NCBI GenBank assembly: GCA_038042445.1
Contig: JBBTED010000036.1
Location: 1 to 21,642, forward strand
Direction: 5' to 3'
DNA: 21,642 nucleotides
DNA from: Candidatus Firestoneibacteriota bacterium
GTDB lineage: Bacteria > Oederibacteriota > D2-FULL-39-29 > JBBTED01
The notes under the pieces: model-generated
The model's database searches: none
The model's input: only the letters and a program-made list of their open reading frames with translations
Told to the model about the DNA's origin: nothing
Part shown: positions 8,632-16,976 of the stretch, one piece after another
Numbering within the stretch: the first letter of the stretch is position 1
Layout of the letters: the number at the start of each line of letters is the position of its first letter
Position numbers and translations under genes: made by a program

Positions 8632-9717
8632 ATGAAAGCAATAATAGCTTTAGAAGATGGTTTTGTATTAGAAGGTGAAAATTTTGGTGCCCAAGGTGAA
8701 CGCACAGGTGAAGTTGTTTTTAATACCAGTATGATGGGGTATCAGGAAATTCTTACTGATCCATCGTATAAAGGTCAGATAGTAACAATGACCTATCCGC
8801 TAATAGGAAATTATGGAGTTAATGATGAAGATTATGAGTCAACAAAATCTCATGTTGAAGGATTTATTGTTAAAGAAAACAGTTCAATATATAGCAATTG
8901 GCGCGCGCAAGGCAGTTTGGAAAAATTTCTTAAGAAAAACAAAATCATAGGAATTCAGGGAGTTGATACCAGAGCATTAACAAGACATATTCGCACACTT
9001 GGAGCAATGAAATCTGTTATTTCTACAAAAACATTAAATAAAAAAAAACTTGTTGATATCGCTAAATCTTCTGCTGGATTAGTTGGTAGAGATTTGGTTA
9101 AAGAAGTAACTTGTTCAAAGAAATATATCTGGAAAGACGGTAAATCCAAAAAATTTAAAGTGGTGGTTTTTGATTGTGGAGTTAAGCATAATATTTTAAG
9201 GTTACTTGATATATATGGGTGTGAGGTAATTGTTGTGCCTGCAACAACAGATGCTCAAAAAATATTTGATATTGAGCCTGATGGTGTTCTGCTTTCAAAT
9301 GGGCCAGGAGATCCATCAGCAGTTTTTTATCTAATAGAAACTGTAAAAAAACTTTTAGGTAAATTTCCTGTATTTGGAATATGTTTAGGGCATCAGATTT
9401 TAGGTCTTGCTTTGGGTGGAAAAACATATAAATTAAAATTTGGGCACAGAGGTGGAAATCAACCTATAATGAATTTGTTAACAAAAAGAGTTCATATAAC
9501 TTCTGAAAATCACGGTTTTGCCGTAGATATGAATTCTTTAAATAAAGATGAAGTTGAAATCACACATATAAATTTAAACGATAAAACTGTGGAAGGAATG
9601 AAGCATAAAAAATTACCAGTATTTTCAGTTCAATTTCATCCAGAAGCTTCACCTGGTCCCCATGATTCAAGAACACTTTTTGAACAATTTATTCATTCAA
9701 TGAAAAAAGCAAAATAA
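8632..9717 (+). CDS. carA: Carbamoyl-phosphate synthase small subunit
   Basis: GEVVFNTSMMGYQEILTDPSY, LSNGPGDP, FGICLGHQ (catalytic Cys) and SVQFHPEASPGPHD. Confidence 0.98.
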   Translation: MKAIIALEDGFVLEGENFGAQGERTGEVVFNTSMMGYQEILTDPSYKGQIVTMTYPLIGNYGVNDEDYESTKSHVEGFIVKENSSIYSNWRAQGSLEKFLKKNKIIGIQGVDTRALTRHIRTLGAMKSVISTKTLNKKKLVDIAKSSAGLVGRDLVKEVTCSKKYIWKDGKSKKFKVVVFDCGVKHNILRLLDIYGCEVIVVPATTDAQKIFDIEPDGVLLSNGPGDPSAVFYLIETVKKLLGKFPVFGICLGHQILGLALGGKTYKLKFGHRGGNQPIMNLLTKRVHITSENHGFAVDMNSLNKDEVEITHINLNDKTVEGMKHKKLPVFSVQFHPEASPGPHDSRTLFEQFIHSMKKAK

Positions 9718-9723
9718 GATTAT

Positions 9724-12700
9724 ATGCCAAAGAGAACTGATATAAAGAAAATAATGATAATTGGGTCTGGACCTATTGTTATAAGTCAGGCTTGTGAGTT
9801 TGATTATTCAGGGACACAGGCATGCAAAGCACTTAGAGAAGAAGGTTTTGAAGTGGTGCTTGTGAATAGTAATCCTGCAACAATAATGACAGATCCTGAA
9901 ATGGCAGACAGAACATATATTGAGCCGATTATTCCAGAAATTCTTGCAAAAATAATTGAGGTTGAAAGGCCTGATGCTTTGCTTCCAACACTTGGGGGGC
10001 AGACTGGTTTGAATGTTGCAATTAAATTAGTAGAAATGGGAATTCTTGACAAATTTAAAGTGGAAATGATTGGTGCGAAATATGCGGCAATTAAAAAGGC
10101 TGAAGATCGCGAGCTTTTTAAATCTGCTATGAAAAAAATAGGGTTGGATTTACCAAAGAGTGGTTTAGCAAAAACTATGGAGGAGGCAATAAAAATAGCA
10201 GAGCAAATTGGATTTCCAATTATAATTAGGCCAAGTTATACACTTGGTGGCACAGGTGGCGGAGTTGCCTATAATATGGAAGAATTTAAAATTATTGCAG
10301 AAACTGGTCTTTCTGCAAGTATGGAAAGCCAGATATTAGTTGAAGAGTCTATAATAGGATGGAAAGAATTCGAATTAGAAGTAATGCGTGATGTTCGGGA
10401 TAATGTTGTGATAATTTGTTCAATTGAAAATTTTGATCCAATGGGTGTTCATACAGGAGATAGCATTACTGTAGCACCTGCACAAACACTTACAGACAAA
10501 GAATATCAGAATATGAGAAATGCCGCTATTGCAGTAATTCGCGAGATAGGTGTTGAAACAGGCGGGTCAAATATTCAGTTTGCAGTTGATCCAAAAACTG
10601 GAAGAATGGTTATTATTGAAATGAATCCGCGTGTATCCAGAAGTTCTGCTTTGGCATCTAAAGCTACTGGTTTTCCAATTGCAAAAATTGCTGCAAAACT
10701 TGCAGTTGGATATACGCTTGATGAAATTCCAAATGATATTACTAAAGAAACACCTGCTTCATTTGAACCCACGATAGACTATTGTGTAGTTAAAATTCCA
10801 CGGTTTACATTTGAGAAATTTGAGGGTGCAGACCCAACATTAACTACTTCTATGAAATCAGTTGGTGAAACTATGGCAATAGGCAGGACTTTCAAAGAAG
10901 CGCTTCAAAAAGGTTTGCGTTCACTTGAAATAGGAAGATATGGTTTGGGCGCAGATGGAAAAGATGTTCACGCAACAAAAGATGAAATATTACAAAAAAT
11001 TTCATTTCCAAATGACCAACGAATTTTTTATTTAAAATATGCAATTTCTGTGGGTATAAGTATTGATGAAATTTATGCAAAAACTTTTATAGATAAATGG
11101 TTTCTTAATAATATCAAAGAGATAGTTGAACTCGAAAAGAAAATTCTTAAATATAAAAGCATAAATAAACTTCCAATAAAACTTTTGAAACAAGCAAAAG
11201 AATATGGGTATTCTGATAGGCAGTTGGCGTTTTTGCTAAATACTACAGAAGAAAAAATCTATGATTTTAGAAAACAAAAAAATATTACTCCAGTTTATAA
11301 ACTTGTAGATACTTGTGCTGCGGAATTTGAAGCATATACTCCGTATTACTATTCAACTTATGATTCTGAAGATGAAACAAGAAAATCATCCAAGAAAAAA
11401 GTTGTAATACTTGGTGGTGGTCCAAATAGGATTGGTCAGGGTATAGAGTTTGATTATTGCTGTGTTCATGCTTCTTTTGCTTTGCGTGAAGAAGGGTATG
11501 AAAGCATAATGGTAAACAGTAATCCAGAAACTGTAAGCACGGATTATGATACATCAGACAGATTGTATTTTGAGCCGCTGACTCGTGAAGATGTGCTTCA
11601 TATAATTGAAAAAGAAAAACCTGAAGGCGTAATTGTTCAGCTTGGGGGACAGACACCACTTAATTTAGCACTTTCTTTAATGCGAGCTAATGTTAAAATA
11701 CTGGGTACAAGTCCGCATAGCATAGACATAGCAGAAGACAGAGGAAAGTTCAAAAAACTTTTGCATAAGTTGAAATTAAAACAGCCGGAAAATGACACTT
11801 TTTATTCTGTATCTGAAGGTTTGAAAAAAGCGAGAGTAATTGGTTATCCTGTTTTAGTAAGGCCTTCTTATGTACTGGGCGGAAGGGCAATGAAAATTGC
11901 TTATGATGAATCTGATTTAATAGAGTTTATAAAAACAGCTGTGGCTGTTTCTCCGGAACATCCTGTTTTAATTGATAAATTTCTTGAAGATGCAATAGAA
12001 GTGGATGTAGATGCTGTGTCTGATGGAAAACGTACAGTTATATGTGGTGTAATGGAACATATAGAAGAAGCCGGTATTCATTCAGGAGATAGTGCTTCTG
12101 TATTGCCTCCACATACTTTAAGCACAGAAATAATAAACGAAATAAAAGAAAGTACAAGAGCTTTAGCGAGGGAATTAAAAGTTATAGGTCTTATGAATAT
12201 TCAGTATGCAATAAAGGGAAATATAATTTACGTTCTTGAAGTTAATCCACGTGCATCACGTACTGTTCCATTTGTGAGTAAAGCTACAGGAGTTCCATGG
12301 GCAAAAGTAGCTACAAAGTTAATGATTGGTAAGACATTAGATGAACTTAAAATAAATGAAGTGAATGTTAAACATATATCAGTAAAAGAATCTGTTTTTC
12401 CATTTGCACGTTTTGCGGGAGTTGATGCAGTTTTAGGTCCTGAGATGAAATCTACAGGTGAAGTTATGGGTATAGATATTAATTTTGGTATGGCATTTGT
12501 AAAATCCCAAATAGCAGCTGGTCAGAATTTACCAAAAAGCGGAAAAGTTTTTATAAGTGTTAAAGATGGAGATAAAAGAGAGATACCATTTATTGCCAAA
12601 AAATTAGTTGATTTAGGGTTTTCAATTATTGCTACTTTTGGAACAGCAAGTGTGCTGGAGAAATATGGAATAACTGTAGAAAAAATTGCAAAAGTTGGAG

Positions 12701-12939
12701 AGGGAAGACCTAATATAGTTGATTTAATTAAAAGCAAGGAAATTGCTTTAATAATTAATACGCCACTTGGTAAGAAAACAAAAAAAGACGAAACTTTAAT
12801 AAGAACTACTGCAGTGGAAAGAAATATCCCATTAATTACCACAATTTCTGGTGCACAAGCTACAGTAACCGGTATGGAAGTTCTTTTAAGTAAAGATTTT
12901 ACAGTAACACCTATTCAAGACTACCATATTAGAAACTAA
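9724..12939 (+). CDS. carB: Carbamoyl-phosphate synthase large subunit
   Basis: [30 protein letters not shown] start, two ATP-grasp halves ([19 protein letters not shown]) and a C-terminal MGS domain; 1071 aa. Confidence 0.98.
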   Translation: MPKRTDIKKIMIIGSGPIVISQACEFDYSGTQACKALREEGFEVVLVNSNPATIMTDPEMADRTYIEPIIPEILAKIIEVERPDALLPTLGGQTGLNVAIKLVEMGILDKFKVEMIGAKYAAIKKAEDRELFKSAMKKIGLDLPKSGLAKTMEEAIKIAEQIGFPIIIRPSYTLGGTGGGVAYNMEEFKIIAETGLSASMESQILVEESIIGWKEFELEVMRDVRDNVVIICSIENFDPMGVHTGDSITVAPAQTLTDKEYQNMRNAAIAVIREIGVETGGSNIQFAVDPKTGRMVIIEMNPRVSRSSALASKATGFPIAKIAAKLAVGYTLDEIPNDITKETPASFEPTIDYCVVKIPRFTFEKFEGADPTLTTSMKSVGETMAIGRTFKEALQKGLRSLEIGRYGLGADGKDVHATKDEILQKISFPNDQRIFYLKYAISVGISIDEIYAKTFIDKWFLNNIKEIVELEKKILKYKSINKLPIKLLKQAKEYGYSDRQLAFLLNTTEEKIYDFRKQKNITPVYKLVDTCAAEFEAYTPYYYSTYDSEDETRKSSKKKVVILGGGPNRIGQGIEFDYCCVHASFALREEGYESIMVNSNPETVSTDYDTSDRLYFEPLTREDVLHIIEKEKPEGVIVQLGGQTPLNLALSLMRANVKILGTSPHSIDIAEDRGKFKKLLHKLKLKQPENDTFYSVSEGLKKARVIGYPVLVRPSYVLGGRAMKIAYDESDLIEFIKTAVAVSPEHPVLIDKFLEDAIEVDVDAVSDGKRTVICGVMEHIEEAGIHSGDSASVLPPHTLSTEIINEIKESTRALARELKVIGLMNIQYAIKGNIIYVLEVNPRASRTVPFVSKATGVPWAKVATKLMIGKTLDELKINEVNVKHISVKESVFPFARFAGVDAVLGPEMKSTGEVMGIDINFGMAFVKSQIAAGQNLPKSGKVFISVKDGDKREIPFIAKKLVDLGFSIIATFGTASVLEKYGITVEKIAKVGEGRPNIVDLIKSKEIALIINTPLGKKTKKDETLIRTTAVERNIPLITTISGAQATVTGMEVLLSKDFTVTPIQDYHIRN

Positions 12940-13025
12940 AAACTTAAAGCTAAAAGCGAAAAACCATAATTTAAAATTTAAAACCTTTCTTAGTTTTGCG
13001 TTTTGCATTTTTCATTTTACGGTTT
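12931..13025. repeat. 7-bp-period inverted array (A-tract units followed by T-tract units)
   Basis: AGAAACT AAAAACT TAAAGCT AAAAGCG AAAAACC ATAATTT AAAATTT AAAACCT, then TAGTTTT GCGTTTT GCATTTT TCATTTT ACGGTTT. Confidence 0.75.
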
Positions 13026-13039
13026 TCCAAATTTATTGC

Positions 13040-13069
13040 TTGACTTTTCGTTGGGTTCTAATTTAAAAT
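13040..13069 (+). promoter_or_regulatory. Probable sigma70 promoter for the PpiD-like gene
   Basis: TTGACT (13040-13045), 18-nt spacer, TAAAAT (13064-13069); ATG follows at 13080 with no SD sequence. Confidence 0.5.
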
Positions 13070-13079
13070 ACATTTTATT

Positions 13080-14207
13080 ATGATGAAAAAATTGCGTGAA
13101 AATACTAAAACTGTTCTCTGGGGTGTTATTATAGCATTTGTTGTTACAATATTTGTAGCATGGGGTATGAAGGGTGAATTTTCACAGGGTAATGCAAATG
13201 TCCTTGCAAAAGTTAATGGCGAAGAAGTAACTTACGAAGAAATTTATCCAATTTGGACAAAGCAAATAGATCAGTATAGAGAAGCGTATAAAGATGGTTT
13301 TACAGATGAAATGTCTGAGGAGTTAAAGAATAGAATTGTTCAACAAGTTGCTGTACAGAAATTAATGCTGCAAACGGCAAAAAAGATGGATATAAATGTG
13401 ACAACTGCAGAAGTAATTAATAGGATAAAATCATATCCTGGATTTCAGACAAATGGGATTTTTGATTCGCAAAAATACAAACAAGCTATTTCAAATCCTA
13501 ATATTCCATGGGCAGATGTTGAAGATAGCGAGAAAAAATCTGCAATGCTCCAAAAATTGGAACGTTTGATTAAAGATGGTGCAAAGATTTCTGAAAGTGA
13601 ACTTAAACAGGAATATATCAATAAAAATGAACAGGCAAAAATAAGATATGTTTTTATTGATCCTTTAAGCTTTGAAAAAGATGTTTTGGTCACTCCTTCG
13701 GAAATTCAGTCCTATTATGAACAGCATAAAATGGAGTATAATTTGCCACTTGAAACTGTTGCTGATAAAGTAAAGTCTGCTTTGGTTAGAGATAAAGCTA
13801 GGCCTATTACTGCAGCAAAATCTGACGAACTTGTGAAACAAATTAAAGCTGGTGCAAATTTTGCTAATGTAAGCGGGCAGTTTGGAAAACTCAAAACAAC
13901 AGAAATTTTTACAAGAGGGAAAGGTTTACTTAAAGATATACCTGATGCAGTTAATATAATAAATACTGCATTTTCATTAAATGTCGGACAAGTTAGCGAT
14001 GCAATAAGTACTTCAAATGGATATTATGTTATTCAGCTTATTGAAAAGAAACCTGCAGATGAGTCAAAGTATATTGCAGGGAAAGAAGATTTGCGCACTA
14101 CATTATTACGTGAAAAAGAAAACTATGTTTTTCAAGATTGGTTTGAGAATATAAGAGATAAATCCAAAATAAAATTCTTTCTTGATAAAGACCAAGAGAA
14201 AAAATAA
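13080..14207 (+). CDS. SurA N-terminal domain / PpiD-like membrane-anchored chaperone (peptidylprolyl isomerase family)
   Basis: N-terminal MMKKLRE + transmembrane helix (VLWGVIIAFVVTIFVAWG), LAKVNGEEVT, FQTNGIFD..KY, and a C-terminal rotamase-like AFSLNVGQVSDAISTSNGYYVIQL. Confidence 0.8.
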   Translation: MMKKLRENTKTVLWGVIIAFVVTIFVAWGMKGEFSQGNANVLAKVNGEEVTYEEIYPIWTKQIDQYREAYKDGFTDEMSEELKNRIVQQVAVQKLMLQTAKKMDINVTTAEVINRIKSYPGFQTNGIFDSQKYKQAISNPNIPWADVEDSEKKSAMLQKLERLIKDGAKISESELKQEYINKNEQAKIRYVFIDPLSFEKDVLVTPSEIQSYYEQHKMEYNLPLETVADKVKSALVRDKARPITAAKSDELVKQIKAGANFANVSGQFGKLKTTEIFTRGKGLLKDIPDAVNIINTAFSLNVGQVSDAISTSNGYYVIQLIEKKPADESKYIAGKEDLRTTLLREKENYVFQDWFENIRDKSKIKFFLDKDQEKK

Positions 14208-14215
14208 TCACTATC

Positions 14216-15094
14216 CTATTTAAAATCCGATTTGCAATCTATAGCAGGTTTGTATTTTTGTGAGAATTTATCAACAAGATTTGTTTCTGTTTCTGTTAAA
14301 CCATCAATTTTGCTTTCAGTAGTTTCTTCGATCTCAAATTTGATGTTAAAATGATTTTCCCAGCCTTTTGCTATATATTGCACAACTTCTTCATAAGTTA
14401 ATGCTCGATGTAATTCAGCTTCAAGAGATGTTACTTTTTTTAAATAGTCATTTTTTAAAAACTGCCGTTCTTTTTCTGATTTTGCTTTTAGACATTCAAA
14501 CATTTTATCTATATCAAATTTGAGAGGTATTGAGCCATGTTGCATTACAACTTTTTTGCTTCTCCGTTGCGCACTGCCAACCAATTTTTTTTCACTTGCT
14601 ACAATGTCAAAAGCGCTGTTATTTGCAAAACAATATGGATGTTGAAATTCCGAAAATATTTTTTGGCCTCTTAGGTTTGCATTTAATCCTAATAATTCCA
14701 ATCCTTTTAATATGCCCCCTAATATTATTTTATACGGAGTTGCTATATCAACGTCATTATCTGAAGATATAGTTGTATTTAAAATATATTCAAGAGGTGT
14801 GATTACGCTATATGTAACTTCTGCATCATGAAATATAGCATCTCCTCCAGTAGGTCTTTTTACATATCCGACATTATACAGGTTTAATTTTTCAAAATTA
14901 AGCACTTGGGCAGGTTCCTGAAAATAACCTAAAGAGATAGTTGCCGGTTTCCACCCATAGAGTCGCAATGTAAATAGCGAAGGATTTTCCCTCTGGCTGG
15001 CAAAAACAGCTTCATCTATTGCCATATTCGTATACCCATTATTAAACCCTGAAAGCAACAATCTTGTTTTATACATAATCTGTAATTCAGACAT
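14216..15094 (-). CDS. Lipoate-protein ligase A family protein (LipM-like octanoyltransferase)
   Basis: NMAIDEA, TLRLYGWKPATISLGYFQ, VKRPTGGDAIFHDAEVTYS, CF, KKLVGSAQRR and QHGSI motifs. The start may be the second Met at 15076. Confidence 0.9.
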   Translation of the reverse strand: MSELQIMYKTRLLLSGFNNGYTNMAIDEAVFASQRENPSLFTLRLYGWKPATISLGYFQEPAQVLNFEKLNLYNVGYVKRPTGGDAIFHDAEVTYSVITPLEYILNTTISSDNDVDIATPYKIILGGILKGLELLGLNANLRGQKIFSEFQHPYCFANNSAFDIVASEKKLVGSAQRRSKKVVMQHGSIPLKFDIDKMFECLKAKSEKERQFLKNDYLKKVTSLEAELHRALTYEEVVQYIAKGWENHFNIKFEIEETTESKIDGLTETETNLVDKFSQKYKPAIDCKSDFK

Positions 15095-15171
15095 TGGACT
15101 TTAGACATCAGACTACAGACTAAAAAATTTTGGCTAAAGTCTATAGTCTGTCTTTTGTCTACTGTCTGAAT
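15085..15171. repeat. 7-bp-period inverted array (GAC units followed by GTC units)
   Basis: TTCAGAC ATTGGAC TTTAGAC ATCAGAC TACAGAC, an 18-nt spacer, then GTCTATA GTCT GTCTTTT GTCTACT GTCTGAA. The outer ATTCAGAC and GTCTGAAT are perfectly complementary. Confidence 0.8.
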
Positions 15172-15180
15172 AATAGAATT

Positions 15181-15208
15181 ATTATACACAGTATTGCAAA
15201 AAAATCAA
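15181..15208 (-). promoter_or_regulatory. Probable sigma70 promoter for the lipoate ligase gene
   Basis: Minus strand TTGATT (15208-15203), 16-nt spacer, TATAAT (15186-15181). Confidence 0.5.
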
Positions 15209-15224
15209 TTATTTCATATGTGAA

Positions 15225-15257
15225 TCCCACTTTGTCAAAGTGGGAAAGAGGGGATTT
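15225..15257 (+). repeat. CCC-TTT/AAA-GGG hairpin repeat with AGGGGATTT tail
   Basis: TCCCACTTT-gtc-AAAGTGGGA-aag-AGGGGATTT: perfect 9-bp stem; related to 19381-19413. Confidence 0.75.
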
Positions 15258-15281
15258 AAAATTTTTTGCTTAAAAAATAGG

Positions 15282-15357
15282 TTGTATTTATTTTTAAATT
15301 CTACTAAAATACAAATTATTATTGTTTTCTTGAAATAATTTTTAAATATACTATAAT
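15282..15357 (+). promoter_or_regulatory. Tandem sigma70 promoters for tRNA-Asn
   Basis: P1: TTGTAT (15282-15287), 17 nt, TAAAAT (15305-15310). P2: TTGAAA (15330-15335), 16 nt, TATAAT (15352-15357). Confidence 0.6.
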
Positions 15358-15372
15358 ATAAGTTCACAAAAT

Positions 15373-15448
<76 letters not shown>

Positions 15449-15740
15449 ATCTTTATTCTCATCAAAATTTATTATGTTTTGAAGATGAGTTTGAATCCAA
15501 TCTCATTTGTAGTGCTTATGGTAAATATATAATTCAACCTGTTTTTGTTGCAGTTTCCGCGTGACATTCTGTTACAAGTTTAACCGACGACTATAAAAAA
15601 CTATCCATAAACAATTATCAGATAGGTCGTATTAAGCTGTATTTTATCTGTAAAGCATTTTTTTACTTCCGATATCTAAACTATGACGAAGATACTGAGT
15701 TATTTGTTACGACTAAAATGCAACATATTGAACATTAGAC

Positions 15741-15769
15741 TTGACTATCTTGCAATGATGTGGAATAAT
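15741..15769 (+). promoter_or_regulatory. Promoter placed for leaderless transcription of the AAA_14 gene
   Basis: TTGACT (15741-15746), 17-nt spacer, TGn-AATAAT (15761-15769); ATG 6 nt later at 15776. Confidence 0.5.
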
Positions 15770-15775
15770 AACGTT

Positions 15776-16903
15776 ATGAAAAGATATCTGCAAGAAACGA
15801 TAAGTAATGATTTAAAGAGGAAAATGGTGTTTATTACTGGACCTCGTCAGGTTGGAAAGACTTTTCTTGCAAAAAGCATACAACAAGAATTCAATAAAAC
15901 AATATATTTTAATAATGATGATATAGAGGATGCAAAAAACATACGAAATCGTGTATGGCCATTAAATACAAATCTAATAATACTTGATGAGATTCATAAG
16001 ATGAAAAATTGGAAGAATTACTTAAAGGGTACTTTCGATACGCGGAGCGAGAATCAAGCATTTCTTGTTACAGGAAGTGCTAGATTAGATACTTTTCGGC
16101 AGACAGGAGATTCGTTAGCAGGCAGGTATTTTCTTTACCATCTTAATCCGCTTTCGGTGAAGGAATTATTTGGCATTATGTCGCCGTATGAAGTGGTTTC
16201 TACGTTAAATAGATTGGGTGGTTTTCCAGAACCGTTTCTATCATCATCAGACGAATATGCTCAGCGTTGGCGTCAGCAATACTACACGGATATTGTACGT
16301 GAAGATATAATGGATTTCAGTCGTATAAGTGAAATTCGTGCAATTCGTCTATTGATAGAAATGCTTCGTAAACGCGTTGGTTCGCCATTATCATATGCTT
16401 CATTATCTGAAGATCTTCAAATATCGCCTAATACGGTTCGTAAATATATTGATATTTTGGAAAGCTTACATATTATTTTTATTATTAGACCATATCATCG
16501 TAACATAGCAAGGTCAATATTAAAAGAGCCGAAAATATATTTTTATGACAGTGGGTACGTGGATGGGGACGAAGGCGTGCGTTTAGAAAATACTGTGGCA
16601 GTGTGTTTGCTTAAGCATGTTCAATTTCTATATGATGTAAAAGGCATAGAAATATCTTTGCATTATATGCGTACTAAAGATGGAAAGGAAGTTGATTTTG
16701 CACTGGCCCAAAAGGATGTTTTGACTGATTTTATCGAAGTGAAACTTTCTGATAGTACAATAAGCAGAAATCTAAAATATTTCAAAGAGAGATATTCTCA
16801 AGTTAATGCCATGCAATTGGTACATAATATTCGTTATGATAAGCAAGTAAATGATATCAAAATACTTCAAGCAGGGGAATGGCTCTTACAATTGAATGCG
16901 TGA
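15776..16903 (+). CDS. AAA_14 ATPase with wHTH and DUF4143 (restriction-endonuclease-like) C-terminus
   Basis: Probable start MKRYLQ at 15776. Walker A ITGPRQVGKT, Walker B IILDEIH, LVTGSA, SLAGR, GGFPEP, PKIYFYDSG and KEVDF...IEVK. The ORF-track extension to 15683 looks non-coding. Confidence 0.88.
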   Translation: MKRYLQETISNDLKRKMVFITGPRQVGKTFLAKSIQQEFNKTIYFNNDDIEDAKNIRNRVWPLNTNLIILDEIHKMKNWKNYLKGTFDTRSENQAFLVTGSARLDTFRQTGDSLAGRYFLYHLNPLSVKELFGIMSPYEVVSTLNRLGGFPEPFLSSSDEYAQRWRQQYYTDIVREDIMDFSRISEIRAIRLLIEMLRKRVGSPLSYASLSEDLQISPNTVRKYIDILESLHIIFIIRPYHRNIARSILKEPKIYFYDSGYVDGDEGVRLENTVAVCLLKHVQFLYDVKGIEISLHYMRTKDGKEVDFALAQKDVLTDFIEVKLSDSTISRNLKYFKERYSQVNAMQLVHNIRYDKQVNDIKILQAGEWLLQLNA

Positions 16904-16976
16904 GATATATTTTTAAGACAAACCATAAATGGGTAGCTACAATTTTTACACGTGGTTAACTGAATATTTTAAAAAT

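Noticed and set aside
339..14772. Short antisense or alternate-frame ORFs (e.g. 339-593, 1342-1689, 2068-2370, 9804-10052, 11285-11659, 12522-12842, 14530-14772)
   Set aside because: They lie within well-supported genes and show no motifs, so they are best explained as shadow ORFs.
15683..15775. N-terminal extension of the AAA_14 ORF
   Set aside because: The family-like sequence begins at MKRYLQ (15776), and the extension contains a good promoter match.
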